A stretch of 64,000 bases of DNA from Microgenomates group bacterium RBG_16_45_19 (GTDB taxonomy: Bacteria > Patescibacteriota > Microgenomatia > UBA1400 > RBG-16-45-19): positions 4,642 to 68,641 of the forward strand of contig MHDC01000011.1 in the NCBI GenBank assembly GCA_001803415.1, written 5' to 3'. Made by a program: the position numbers and the translations under genes. This document shows, piece by piece, positions 48,145-58,028 of the stretch. The notes under the pieces are model-generated. The model did not search any database. It was not told the origin of the DNA and saw only the letters and a program-made list of their open reading frames with translations. The first letter of the stretch is position 1, and every line of letters begins with the position of its first letter.

Positions 48145-48456
48145 CTAGGGAGAAGAGGAGAGGGATTTTAAATAGTCGGTAAAGGCAGCCGGGTCGATAA
48201 CGTCAGAGGCAACCACTAACAACATGTCTTGAGCCGGCAAACCGGAGGCAAAGCGAATAAAACAACCGTGAAGTTGGCGTTTGAGGCGGTTGCGGGCTAC
48301 GGCCGATTTGAGGACCCGGTTGGGAATGATCACGGCCAAGCGCGGCCGAGCCAAGGGATTGGGACGAGTAATCAAGGTAAAGCCAGGAAAACGCTGGGTA
48401 GCGCCGGTAAAACGAGCCGCTGGTTTGAGAGGTAAACGATTGGCCCGGGGAAGCAT
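48145..48456 (-). CDS. rnpA: Ribonuclease P protein component
   Basis: 'MLPRANRL', 'SAVARNRLKR'; conserved synteny. Confidence 0.93.
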   Translation of the reverse strand: MLPRANRLPLKPAARFTGATQRFPGFTLITRPNPLARPRLAVIIPNRVLKSAVARNRLKRQLHGCFIRFASGLPAQDMLLVVASDVIDPAAFTDYLKSLSSSP

Positions 48457-48470
48457 GAGGCCATTATAGC

Positions 48471-48605
48471 TTAAGCCGCCAGGCGCCGACGACTCTTAAG
48501 GCGACGGTGGTGTAAGACGGACCGACCGGGTTTGGTCTTTTGGCGAGCTCTAAAGCCATGAGTTTTTTGGTAATGGCGTTTTTTGGGTTGATAAGTACGC
48601 TTCAT
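48471..48605 (-). CDS. rpmH: 50S ribosomal protein L34 (44 aa, absent from the ORF track)
   Basis: [44 protein letters not shown]. Confidence 0.97.
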   Translation of the reverse strand: MKRTYQPKKRHYQKTHGFRARQKTKPGRSVLHHRRLKSRRRLAA

Positions 48606-48713
48606 AAATATAATGAGCAAGGAACAAGGAACAATGAGTAATAAGTAGTATATAGGGAGAAGCAGAGGAGAACAAGAAGGCTATATGGTTCGGGTTTTTT
48701 GGGGATTGAATAA

Positions 48714-48722
48714 TGTGGATAA
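48714..48722. promoter_or_regulatory. Consensus DnaA box upstream of dnaA
   Basis: TGTGGATAA, the reverse complement of TTATCCACA. Confidence 0.8.
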
Positions 48723-48798
48723 CTTTATTAGGCTGTGTTTCACTTGCCTTTGGTTCATCCCTGGTATTGTGGTTATAACTGCCTTAAAGGATAGGGTT

Positions 48799-50184
48799 AT
48801 GGAAGTGAAGCAGATGTGGAAAATTGTATTTGAGGATTTACAAGTGTCGATGTCGAGCGCCACTTTTTCCAGTTGGATCAAACCGTTAAGTTTACAGGCG
48901 ATGGCGGCAGTCGGGGAATCGCGACTGATTGCGGACATCGTTTGCCCATCCCCGTTTCACATTAATATTGTGGAGCAACGCTATTACGCTCAGATCAAAG
49001 ATGCTTTTGATCGGGCGACAGACAAACAAACGGAACTACGCTTTAGCGTGGGCGCTACCCCAGTCAAGACAACCATCAAAACCCCCTTAGGACCACTGTT
49101 TAAAACAGCAGGTCCGAATAACGGGCTACCGACTATGGCCATGCGTCGAGTGGGGTTGCGTAAAGATTTCAATTTTGATTCCTTTGCGGTGTCCACCACC
49201 AACGAAATGGCGCATGCGGCCGCCAAGGCTGTCAAAGATCATTTTGGGGCGGCGTATAACCCCCTGTTTATTTACGGTGGGGTGGGCGTGGGTAAAACCC
49301 ACTTGATGCAAGCGATTGCCCAAGCCAGACTATATGACAAGCCACAGACAACCATGATTTATTGTATGGGGGAAGAATTTACCAATGAAATCATTGACGC
49401 CATCCAGCAAAAGACAACTCGGGACTTTAAAAAGCGTTATCGGCTAGTCAAGGGCTTGTTTATTGATGATATCCAATTTATTGCCGGGAAAACGACGGTC
49501 CAGGAAGAATTTTTTCATACCTTTAATGCCATTTTGAAGGGGGGCGGCCAAGTGGTGTTAACCAGTGACAAACCACCGCAAGAAATCCCGCAGTTGGAAG
49601 CCAGACTAAAATCCCGATTTGAAGCTGGGCTGATTGTGGATATCGGCGAACCAGACTTTGAATTGAGGACGGCGATCACTTTGATCAAAGCCAAACAGCG
49701 GCAAATCCCGATCGGGATGGCAGAGGCACAACTAATCGCCGGCAACATTGAAAGCGCCCGAAAAATCGAGGGTTTTTTAGTCAAGTTGGCAACCGAAGCC
49801 CAGATTAGAAAACACGCCGTCGACAACGCCATGATTCAAGGTATGCTGGGGAAAGAGTCCCGGCCGACCGAGGGGTCAATTCCCCCGCTAAGGCCAAATG
49901 AAATTATCCGGGGGGTAGCTAAGTATTTCGATCTACCGGCCAAAGAAATTACCGGCAGTGGGCGGGCGGCGCGGTTGGTCTTGTCCAGGCACACAGCCAT
50001 GTACCTAATGCGGATTGATTACAACTTACCGTTAACGGAAATCGGTTATTTGTTTTCTAATCGCGATCACACGACGGTAATGCACGCGGTGAATAAAATT
50101 ACCCTGGAGTTAAAAAATTCCAGTCTGATGCGAACGACTATTGGCGACTTACGGCAGCAGCTGTATGCCAGCTATAAAGCATAA
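48799..50184 (+). CDS. dnaA: Chromosomal replication initiator DnaA
   Basis: 'YNPLFIYGGVGVGKTHL', 'IDDIQF', 'RLKSRF', 'RDHTTVMH'. Confidence 0.98.
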   Translation: MEVKQMWKIVFEDLQVSMSSATFSSWIKPLSLQAMAAVGESRLIADIVCPSPFHINIVEQRYYAQIKDAFDRATDKQTELRFSVGATPVKTTIKTPLGPLFKTAGPNNGLPTMAMRRVGLRKDFNFDSFAVSTTNEMAHAAAKAVKDHFGAAYNPLFIYGGVGVGKTHLMQAIAQARLYDKPQTTMIYCMGEEFTNEIIDAIQQKTTRDFKKRYRLVKGLFIDDIQFIAGKTTVQEEFFHTFNAILKGGGQVVLTSDKPPQEIPQLEARLKSRFEAGLIVDIGEPDFELRTAITLIKAKQRQIPIGMAEAQLIAGNIESARKIEGFLVKLATEAQIRKHAVDNAMIQGMLGKESRPTEGSIPPLRPNEIIRGVAKYFDLPAKEITGSGRAARLVLSRHTAMYLMRIDYNLPLTEIGYLFSNRDHTTVMHAVNKITLELKNSSLMRTTIGDLRQQLYASYKA

Positions 50185-50402
50185 ACCGTGGAGAAACCGG
50201 GGGAAAGTAGTTGAGAGAGAGTTTAACAAGTGAATAAATTGGAGGCGGCGGCGGATAAGTGAAGAACTGTCCACCATCGTCAACCCGAGTTTTCCAGGGG
50301 CTTCAACACACCAAAACAACCCGATATAGTTGAGAGCGAAAGCGGCGATTGTCCACCTATCCACAAGACTACTACTATAGACTACTAAAATAATATAAAG
50401 AA
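50185..50402. other. Putative oriC: degenerate DnaA boxes plus DnaA-trio unwinding element
   Basis: TTGTCCACC and CTATCCACA (50349-50365) are followed directly by CTA-CTA-CTA...CTA-CTA and an AT-rich tract. More degenerate boxes upstream (CGTGGAGAA, GGCGGATAA, CTGTCCACC). Confidence 0.75.
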
Positions 50403-51533
50403 ATGGAGAAAAGTATGGAAATACAAGTTTTGAAAGAAAACCTGCTAAGAGCCTTAACGATTGCGGTTAAGTTTAGCGCTCAGAAAGCCCAGTTGCCGGT
50501 GTTAGCTCACGTCTTATTGGAAGCGACCAAAACCGGCATTTACCTCGCGGCGACCGACTTGGATACCGGGATTCGGTTGAGATTTGCCGGGAAAGTGGTC
50601 ATGCCAGGGTCGGTGGCCGCGCCAGCTAGGTTATTGAATGAGTACATCGGCGTGTTGCCGCTGGGGGTGGTTGAGATCAGCAGTCAAAAAGAGAAGCTGA
50701 CCGTCAAAGCCAAGGGGTCGCGGGCAACAATGCAAATTCTGGCAGACAGCGAGTTCCCTACATTTAGCCAGGCGACACCAGCAGCAAAATTGGGGGAAAT
50801 TAAGATGGTGGATTGGCTAGGGAGCTGGCAAAAGCTGGAAACAGCGGTGTCAAAAGACTTAACCAGGCCAGTCTTAACCGGAGTCTTGTGGGAGATGGGG
50901 GAGGGGCGACTGGTGGCAACCGACGGTTACCGCTTAAGCCTGGTGGAGAGGGAGGCGTTTAATTTTGAGGGGGCGAAAGAAAAGATCGTGGTTAACGGCA
51001 GTTTCTGGGGCATGTCGGCGAAAACCATGGCCGATTTACAGGTAGATACAGCCGAAATCTATTGGTTGAAACAAGAGAAGCAACTGCTGTTAAAAACCGA
51101 CGACGTGATGATGGTGGGGAGACTGGTTGAGGGAGAATTCCCTCAGTATCAAGCCATTTTACCAAAAGGTAAAAACGTGGTGGTGACCGTGGAGCGGGAA
51201 AGTTTTTTGCAGGCGGTGCGTGGGGCAATGATTTTTGCCCGTGACAGCGCTCAAATTGTGAAATTAACCATCACCAAGCAAGCGTTAATGGTGGCAGCAG
51301 CAGCCCAGAGCGGTGGGGCGGAAACGGTGCTGGCGGCTGAGCAGGAGGGGGGCGAGTTGACGACGGCCTTTAACGGCAAGTTTTTGAGTGATTTTTTAAG
51401 CCGAGGACAAAGTGAGCAGGTGACGATGGCTTTGGATGAAGCGTTAAAACCGGGAATGTTTACCGAAGTGGGGGAGAAGCAGTATCGGCACGTGATTATG
51501 CCGATTAGGCTGCGGGAGCCGGCGGCGGGCTAA
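50403..51533 (+). CDS. dnaN: DNA polymerase III beta clamp
   Basis: 'AATDLD', 'RPVLTG', 'ATDGYRL', 'AFNGKFL', 'IMPIR'. Confidence 0.97.
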   Translation: MEKSMEIQVLKENLLRALTIAVKFSAQKAQLPVLAHVLLEATKTGIYLAATDLDTGIRLRFAGKVVMPGSVAAPARLLNEYIGVLPLGVVEISSQKEKLTVKAKGSRATMQILADSEFPTFSQATPAAKLGEIKMVDWLGSWQKLETAVSKDLTRPVLTGVLWEMGEGRLVATDGYRLSLVEREAFNFEGAKEKIVVNGSFWGMSAKTMADLQVDTAEIYWLKQEKQLLLKTDDVMMVGRLVEGEFPQYQAILPKGKNVVVTVERESFLQAVRGAMIFARDSAQIVKLTITKQALMVAAAAQSGGAETVLAAEQEGGELTTAFNGKFLSDFLSRGQSEQVTMALDEALKPGMFTEVGEKQYRHVIMPIRLREPAAG

Positions 51534-52257
51534 AAGGTGGGGGGGTCGGGGGGGGGGGGGGGGGGGCTTTGAGCGAGGCCACGGCTTGAGTCAGGGGGGA
51601 GGCATAATCGTTGGCCGAGGAGAGGCTGGCGGATTCACCGGCGTCAGGATTGTAGGCGACATAGAAGAGATGAATCAGTTCCTGGGTGGTGAGTTGGCGG
51701 GCGGAAAGATTCAGGTGAGTCAGTTGACGCAGGAGGTGGTCGCGCTTGGGCTCGAGAGAGCTTAAAGCTTTTTGGATGATATAGGTTTTATCATAGGGCA
51801 GTTTTTTGGGTTTGGAACTGGTGGGTAAGGGTAAGGCAGACTTGGAGGTTAAGCCGAGTTCGATGGCTGAGAAAGGAATGACAATATAGAATTTTTTGTC
51901 GAGGACGTTGCGTTCCTTGACGATGATCTCGACGAATTGGCGGTATTGTTCGATGCGAGCCCGAAGAACAGGGCTTAACTGGCGGACCTCCTGAGCCTTG
52001 AGTAGTTTCAAGTAATTGGTAATGTCTTTGCGCTGAGAGCGGATGAGGATTTGAATGGGGAAGGAGAGAGAATTTAAGAGGCCGGCGTAGACGTAGATCA
52101 AGCCGTCTTGTTCTTCTTCGGAGAGAAGATTAAAGTTGATGGCGCTAACTTTGAGGACCATGCAGGCCGAACCGTCGCGGAGAAGAACCAGATTAGAAAC
52201 AACATCTTCAATATCCAGATTTTCTTGAGTGGTGGAGCGAATGGGGGTGACGGGCAT
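51505..52257 (-). CDS. CPR T4SS-associated protein (TraC-like N-terminal/VirB4 partner type)
   Basis: 'STTQENLDI', 'INFNLLSEEEQD', 'LNSLSFPIQILIRS', 'KKFYIVIPF'; lies downstream of the PrgI-like gene. Confidence 0.7.
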   Translation of the reverse strand: MPVTPIRSTTQENLDIEDVVSNLVLLRDGSACMVLKVSAINFNLLSEEEQDGLIYVYAGLLNSLSFPIQILIRSQRKDITNYLKLLKAQEVRQLSPVLRARIEQYRQFVEIIVKERNVLDKKFYIVIPFSAIELGLTSKSALPLPTSSKPKKLPYDKTYIIQKALSSLEPKRDHLLRQLTHLNLSARQLTTQELIHLFYVAYNPDAGESASLSSANDYASPLTQAVASLKAPPPPPPTPPPFSPPPAPAA

Positions 52258-52364
52258 GGTTAGCAACGAGCGACTAGGGCTTCGCAACTAGAAATCGATT
52301 TAATGATACTAATATACTGATTGGATTAGTGGTTTGCGAGTCGCTAGTTGCAAGTCGCGAATCA

Positions 52365-53381
52365 CTAGCTTTGGGCTTGGATCTTAAGCGGTTGGATGAC
52401 TTGTCCCCTGAGATCCAACTTGATTATAGCAAAGGTGTGGCCAGGAGCGTCGATTTCCAATTCATAAGTGCCGTTTTTTAAGGGAGTGTTGGAGGCAAAT
52501 TGCCCCAGGCGGTTGGTTTTGGTGGCGCGGACCGGGAGGCCGTCGCTGGAGCGGATTTCAATGATGGCGTTTTCAACCAAGCGGCCGACCGGATCAAGCA
52601 CCATGCCGATAATGGTGTTAGGGATGGTTGGCAGAGAGGGGAAAGGCAAATCGCGGCTTTCGGTGGGGGCGACGCCGGTGCTAGCGGCTGTTTGTTTGAC
52701 CAAAGTGTGGAGGGGTTTTGGGGGAGCGGGGTAGAGGGTTTGGGGCCGCGGTGCCGGAGCGGGAGCAGGGTGAGTGGTTTTGGTGACGGCGGTAGGAGCG
52801 GCGGCGGGGACGACGACCATTTTGGGGACGCCGTTGGCAGGGGGAGCCACGGGGACCTCGAGGGGCTTAAGAGTCAGTGGGGGGGTGGGGGCAGTTGAGA
52901 AAAGTTTTATGGAACGAGTAATTTGATCGGCTTCAGCTTGGTCAAGAGGAGAAACCGCGCTGTCGCTTAAGGTTTGCAGATAACTGGAGAGACCGAGACG
53001 TTTTTTGGTAATGGCCATTTCGGAGAGAGTTTTCATTTCGTCGACGGTGAGGACCGAGGCGTGAGGCACAAAGGAAAAATATTGGGGTAATTCATGACCT
53101 TTACCCCAAAGATATTGGGTGGGAGCATAGATGGCTTTAAGGAAGGCATTGAGCCATTGCTCCAGCGGGCGTTCTTGAATGGGGAGGAAGGCGGCGGCAA
53201 AGCCGGAGAAGACGGCCAGAAAAATGAGAGGCCACTTTAGGAGGAAGAAGAGGTTGGTTTTGAAGAGAGCGATAGCGATACCCAAGCCGACGACAATTTG
53301 GAGGAATTGCTTTAAGGTCATATCGCCAATGAGGCGGAATTGGTAGGTAGAGATGTTTTGAGGAATAGGGTGTTGGTTCAT
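52365..53381 (-). CDS. PrgI-family (VirB3-like) protein with a C-terminal carboxypeptidase-regulatory-like domain
   Basis: 'QHPIPQNI..YQFRLIGDMTLKQF', two TM, 'ERPLEQW', Pro-rich linker, beta-sandwich. Confidence 0.82.
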   Translation of the reverse strand: MNQHPIPQNISTYQFRLIGDMTLKQFLQIVVGLGIAIALFKTNLFFLLKWPLIFLAVFSGFAAAFLPIQERPLEQWLNAFLKAIYAPTQYLWGKGHELPQYFSFVPHASVLTVDEMKTLSEMAITKKRLGLSSYLQTLSDSAVSPLDQAEADQITRSIKLFSTAPTPPLTLKPLEVPVAPPANGVPKMVVVPAAAPTAVTKTTHPAPAPAPRPQTLYPAPPKPLHTLVKQTAASTGVAPTESRDLPFPSLPTIPNTIIGMVLDPVGRLVENAIIEIRSSDGLPVRATKTNRLGQFASNTPLKNGTYELEIDAPGHTFAIIKLDLRGQVIQPLKIQAQS

Positions 53382-53387
53382 AGGGGG

Positions 53388-54314
53388 TTAGATGGCAGGG
53401 ACGATTAATTCAACCGCTACCTGAGTATCATCTGTTAATATACCGTTACCATAAAAATGGTAATAGGGGATGATTTTAGTGCCAGCTTTATCTTGGCGGT
53501 ATTCCCACCCACCTTGAGATAGATCAAGAGATTGGAATTGAGATAAGGTAGCCTGGGGAGCGGCCGTATCGCGAACGAATAAGGCTTCGGGATGAAGATA
53601 GACATTTGGTAGAGCTAAAGTAGGGGACTTTGTGGGGACGTTGCCTAAATTAGAAGTCTGGGAGGGTGGAGGAGAAAAACTTATCTTAAGGGGTTGATTT
53701 TGGCTGTTAAGAATGATATTCATATCACCTTGAAGTTGGTGATGGTAATATACGGGGATGTCGTTGAGTTGAAAGTGGAAGGGGATAATAATTCTTTGGG
53801 CAGATTGGGGTGGTAAATTGTCCTGAGGACTAAGATTAATATAATCGGGAACATTGGAAGTTAAGAGGATGTTTTCTTGATCAAGAGTAACATTATTCAG
53901 ACCGAGATCGACAGCCAGTTGTTGGGCGGCAGTAATAGCGGCAGAGACGTCGATGCCGGGTTGACTGATTAGGGGTCGAAAGTAGGAAATGGCTAAGGTG
54001 TGGTTGGCGGGGATGAGGTTTAAACTAACCTCGTTTTTAGTCCAAAGGGAGCTTGATTGGGGGTGGGGATCTAAATTGAGAGTGGTAGCCAGTTGTTGGC
54101 CAAAGAGAGAGAGGTCGGTAGGAATGATCTGGTAGGTGGGTAAGTAGGGGGGGATAGGGATGGTTGGACCAGAATAGGTAATGGTGGGTGTTTGAGTACT
54201 GGGGGTAGGAGTAGCAGGTGGGAGAGCTGGTTCCTTGGGGGTGAGGAGATAAAAAATTAAACCAATAAGGATTACTATTCCGGTGATAAAAAGAGGAAAG
54301 TATTTTTTTAGCAT
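53388..54314 (-). CDS. Membrane-anchored hypothetical surface protein
   Basis: N-terminal TM and PT-rich linker; in the T4SS operon. Confidence 0.7.
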   Translation of the reverse strand: MLKKYFPLFITGIVILIGLIFYLLTPKEPALPPATPTPSTQTPTITYSGPTIPIPPYLPTYQIIPTDLSLFGQQLATTLNLDPHPQSSSLWTKNEVSLNLIPANHTLAISYFRPLISQPGIDVSAAITAAQQLAVDLGLNNVTLDQENILLTSNVPDYINLSPQDNLPPQSAQRIIIPFHFQLNDIPVYYHHQLQGDMNIILNSQNQPLKISFSPPPSQTSNLGNVPTKSPTLALPNVYLHPEALFVRDTAAPQATLSQFQSLDLSQGGWEYRQDKAGTKIIPYYHFYGNGILTDDTQVAVELIVPAI

Positions 54315-54317
54315 AAG

Positions 54318-57041
54318 TTAGGGAATAATGGGTACACTGGTAGCACCAGTAGCGGCATCATAACATTCAAGATCGATACATTGGCCGTATTGGACATTGG
54401 TCATATTTCCGGGGAAGAGACTACGAATGTCCGGGCGGCCACCGTCACAACGGACTTCGTAGTGTAAGTGGGGGCCAGAGCTATTGCCAGTGTTACCAGA
54501 TAAGCCTAATTGGGTACCGGCAGCCAGGCTAGCCCCAGCCGCTGTACCTTCAGGAATAGTGATTTGCGACATATGAGCAAAGTATAAACGGCAATTGGAT
54601 AAATTGCCGGAATTGGGGGGAGTGCCGATGTTGACGATGGCGAGGTTGCCGTAACCTTGGTTGTTCCAGCCGGCTGAGACGAGAGTCCCGGCGAAAGGTA
54701 AGATGACGGGGGCGCCTTCAGGCAGATCGATATCAATGGCCGAACCACCATTGGCATCGGTGGAAGGGTGACTTTCGGGCATATAACCATTGAAACAGAC
54801 CCGACCAATGACCGGCCAGCAAACCATCCCTTGGACATTAAAAGAGACGAGTGGACCGGTATAGGCTGGACCGGGGCCACCGTGACCCGGACCGGAAACA
54901 GCATCGGGAATGCCGTCGCCATTAGTGTCAATATATTCGGCATCAATGCCATAGCTACTCAAAGAGATGGTTTGGGCGGAGGTGAGTTTGAAGGTATGAA
55001 AATGGCGCCAGACGGACAAACCAATGATAGCACCAGTGGCGGAGACGGCTATCCAGATAGCAGCGGTACCAATGGCAGCGGCGGCAATCAGACCGACTTC
55101 AGGCAAACTGAGACCGATAGCGGCTAAGCCGGAACCGGCTTTAGCGGCCAGACCTTTAAGAGCACCACCGATAGAAGTGAGTAGGGGACGGAGAGCCGTC
55201 CCGATCTGAGTAAATGCAGCTCGAACTGTCGGTAACATTTTTTCAAAGCCAACCTTGATGACGGAAAAACCGTTTTGAATAGCCGAACCTAAAGCCCTGA
55301 ACTTGGCCGGTAATTGAGCCGCAGCGGTTTTATAGCCACCGGAGAAAAAAGTGCGAGTGGATTGGAAGGTTTGGGAAAGAAAACCACGAGTATTGGCCAA
55401 GAAACCGCCTGAGGGCTTGAGTGTAGGGAGGCCAAGCTGAGTTCGAACGTAGCGGAAAACGCCGGAGGGAGAAGCTTCGGGGATGTTTTCAAAGACTTTG
55501 GGAAAAAGGCGGCGAGCCCAGCTGTTTTTGGCCAGGATTTGCTGAGCGAGTTGAGGGAAATGCTGTTGGCGTTGATGGACGTCTGCTTGATAATAATGGA
55601 TGGCCTCGGGACTGGTTAGGGTGTGGATTAGGTCTCGGTGGTTGATTTTACCCTCGGCAAGAGCTTGAGTAATGACCGTTTGTGCTTCGGGTCTGAGGCC
55701 ATGACTGACAATATAATAAGTAGCGGTAGTAATGGAGGTGTCATCCATGGCGGCCAGATTTAGTCCATAGGGTTCGAGAAGTTGATGATGGGGAGTAAGA
55801 TTTTTAGTAACCGGTCGATGATGCTGTGGTTCCCCGCTGGTGATTAGAGACAAGCTAACGGCATGGGCGACAATGGGTTCAGCCACGGCCGCATGACGGA
55901 GGGGTGGAGGGGAATGGGTGGGGAGACTGGACTGAATGACCTGAGTAACCTCATAAGCACTCAAGGATTTAAAGGCGGATTGGGTATTAATTTCGGTTTC
56001 GATGCGGGCGGCGGTAACCGAATCGAGACCTTTTTGAATGAGGGCGTCGTAAAAAGAAGAATGATGGCTATCGAGAGTGTCAATGGCTTGAATGATAGTT
56101 TTTTGAGGGTGGCCAGAACGGAGCTGATCCTGGAGATATTTAATGGTGGTTAAGGTGTCTGAAGAGGCAGTAGGCACCAAGTGCTCCAATTGGTCGGCAG
56201 CGCCGTTAGGGTCGCCTTGGGCAATTTCGGCTCTAACTTGGTTAAGAACGGCTCTTTGGGGATAGACAGCGGTTTCAAGCTCTTGCATCAGGGTACTCTG
56301 GTGAGTCAGGTTTTCACGAGCTTTTTTAACCGCTTGATTTTCGATAAGGTCTTGAGTGATGGCGGTTAGGCTTTTTTCTAACAACTGGGGATTGTTTTTT
56401 TGAGCAAAGCGAAGAGCAGTGTTTAAACGAGTGGGGCTAGCTTCAAGAATCTTGACGGTAAACTGAGTGAGAGTTTCGGGAGTCAAAGGGAGACCATGAA
56501 GAGTGAGAGCTTGACTAATAACAGAGGCAATTTCATCTTTATTAATGTAAAGATCGGGACGAGCCAGACCAGCATTAGCAGCATTGGCAATGAGAAGGGC
56601 TTGAGCTTTTTCAGCTGCGGCAATGGCAGCGGCATTGAGTTTAGCTAGAGATTCAGCGGCGTGACGTTGAGCCTCGAGGTATTTTTGGACTTGGATGGCG
56701 GCTGGACCCTTAGTTTTAGCAGCGGCTTTGGCTAAATGAGGGACAACGGCAGTAGCTTCGCCTTTTTTGGGGGCAATTTTAAGGGTTAATTGCTGGATAG
56801 AATTGAGGAGAACTGAAGCTTCGGTAGGATTAGTCAGCGAAGCTAAGTTGACTTGGAGATGTTGAGTTAGGGGATTGGAGCGAAGATTGGCGACGAAGGC
56901 TTTAGCCAGTTCTTGCCGTAGAGTGAAGGGGATGTCGATGTCGGGATCGGCTAAGAAAGCAGCTTGCTTGAGGAGGTTGGAGTAGGTATTATCGAGCTTG
57001 ATTAGTTGATTAAGTTGAGTGTCTAAGTCAACGTCGGGCAT
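54318..57041 (-). CDS. Large membrane protein with a C-terminal M23 peptidase
   Basis: TM region around aa 640-680, 'DTNGDGIPD', 'H..SAIDID', 'GYGN', 'YFAHM', 'GNSSGPHLHYE'. Confidence 0.85.
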   Translation of the reverse strand: MPDVDLDTQLNQLIKLDNTYSNLLKQAAFLADPDIDIPFTLRQELAKAFVANLRSNPLTQHLQVNLASLTNPTEASVLLNSIQQLTLKIAPKKGEATAVVPHLAKAAAKTKGPAAIQVQKYLEAQRHAAESLAKLNAAAIAAAEKAQALLIANAANAGLARPDLYINKDEIASVISQALTLHGLPLTPETLTQFTVKILEASPTRLNTALRFAQKNNPQLLEKSLTAITQDLIENQAVKKARENLTHQSTLMQELETAVYPQRAVLNQVRAEIAQGDPNGAADQLEHLVPTASSDTLTTIKYLQDQLRSGHPQKTIIQAIDTLDSHHSSFYDALIQKGLDSVTAARIETEINTQSAFKSLSAYEVTQVIQSSLPTHSPPPLRHAAVAEPIVAHAVSLSLITSGEPQHHRPVTKNLTPHHQLLEPYGLNLAAMDDTSITTATYYIVSHGLRPEAQTVITQALAEGKINHRDLIHTLTSPEAIHYYQADVHQRQQHFPQLAQQILAKNSWARRLFPKVFENIPEASPSGVFRYVRTQLGLPTLKPSGGFLANTRGFLSQTFQSTRTFFSGGYKTAAAQLPAKFRALGSAIQNGFSVIKVGFEKMLPTVRAAFTQIGTALRPLLTSIGGALKGLAAKAGSGLAAIGLSLPEVGLIAAAAIGTAAIWIAVSATGAIIGLSVWRHFHTFKLTSAQTISLSSYGIDAEYIDTNGDGIPDAVSGPGHGGPGPAYTGPLVSFNVQGMVCWPVIGRVCFNGYMPESHPSTDANGGSAIDIDLPEGAPVILPFAGTLVSAGWNNQGYGNLAIVNIGTPPNSGNLSNCRLYFAHMSQITIPEGTAAGASLAAGTQLGLSGNTGNSSGPHLHYEVRCDGGRPDIRSLFPGNMTNVQYGQCIDLECYDAATGATSVPIIP

Positions 57042-57246
57042 AAGTCAATCATACCAGAGGTTGATGGCATGAGGGGCTCAAGTTTTGGTATGATGAAAAG
57101 AGGTTGTGAGTTGGGGACAGAGAAGATATAATATAGTTATAGGTTATTATGACTAGAATGGTCAAGGAACAAGTTGAATGGGATGATATGGTGCGAGACG
57201 CGACAATCCAACGGTTTGAATATACCTTGTTCAAAACTTAACGCAT

Positions 57247-57711
57247 ATGAATGACGCCATAAGCCATAAGCCATTAGCTATAAGCCAAAAGTCTGATCCT
57301 TTCTTAGCGGATGAGTTGGATGAGAGGAGGATTGGAGTGATGGTAAAGTTTTGGGTCGAGGGGGCAGAGGAGGCGTGGGAGATTGCACAAGCATTGGATA
57401 AAAACAAAAAGTACAGTTATGCCTTGTTTTTCTGTCATTTGGCTTTGGAAAAGCAGATTAAAGCGGTGGTGGTGCGAGTGGTCAGAAAACCGCCGATTCC
57501 GTCCCACGATCTGGTGCGACTGCTCAAGATGTTGGGAATTGAATTGAACGATAGCCAAAAGGCAGAACTTAAAGAAGTTAATTCATTTAACCTTGAGGCA
57601 AGGTATGATGATTATAAGAGGCAGTTTTACTTAAAAGCAACGAAAGAGTACACAGAGAAATGGATGAAGAAGTGCGAGGAGTATTTAATATGGCTAAAAG
57701 AAAAGATATAG
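57247..57711 (+). CDS. HEPN domain protein with an extra N-terminal leader
   Basis: 'YALFFCHLALEKQIKA', 'SHDLVRL', 'ARY'. Confidence 0.9.
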   Translation: MNDAISHKPLAISQKSDPFLADELDERRIGVMVKFWVEGAEEAWEIAQALDKNKKYSYALFFCHLALEKQIKAVVVRVVRKPPIPSHDLVRLLKMLGIELNDSQKAELKEVNSFNLEARYDDYKRQFYLKATKEYTEKWMKKCEEYLIWLKEKI

Positions 57712-58016
57712 ACCAGGAACTGCTGGTAATGATGAAGCGCTATAAAAAAGTATTGGTGACGGCGAACATTAGGCCGGAGTTTATGGCGGTGTTTGGGTCG
57801 CAAGTTAAGGGGACCGCCAAACCATATTCAGATATTGATGTTTGTATTGTGTCGAAGGATTTGTCAGCCGACCCGGTGGATGATTACGTTAGATTGTCGA
57901 TGTTGGCCGATAAGGTTGATGACCGGATCGAGCCTCACGGATTTCTACCGGAGGATTTTGACCCAACAATGGATTCACTGGCTTATGAGGTAAAGCGAAC
58001 TGGGGTAGTGATATAG
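57690..58016 (+). CDS. Minimal nucleotidyltransferase (MNT), partner of HEPN
   Basis: 'FGSQVKG...SDIDVCIVS', 'IEPH'. Confidence 0.92.
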   Translation: MAKRKDIDQELLVMMKRYKKVLVTANIRPEFMAVFGSQVKGTAKPYSDIDVCIVSKDLSADPVDDYVRLSMLADKVDDRIEPHGFLPEDFDPTMDSLAYEVKRTGVVI

Positions 58017-58028
58017 AGCCAAATATTT

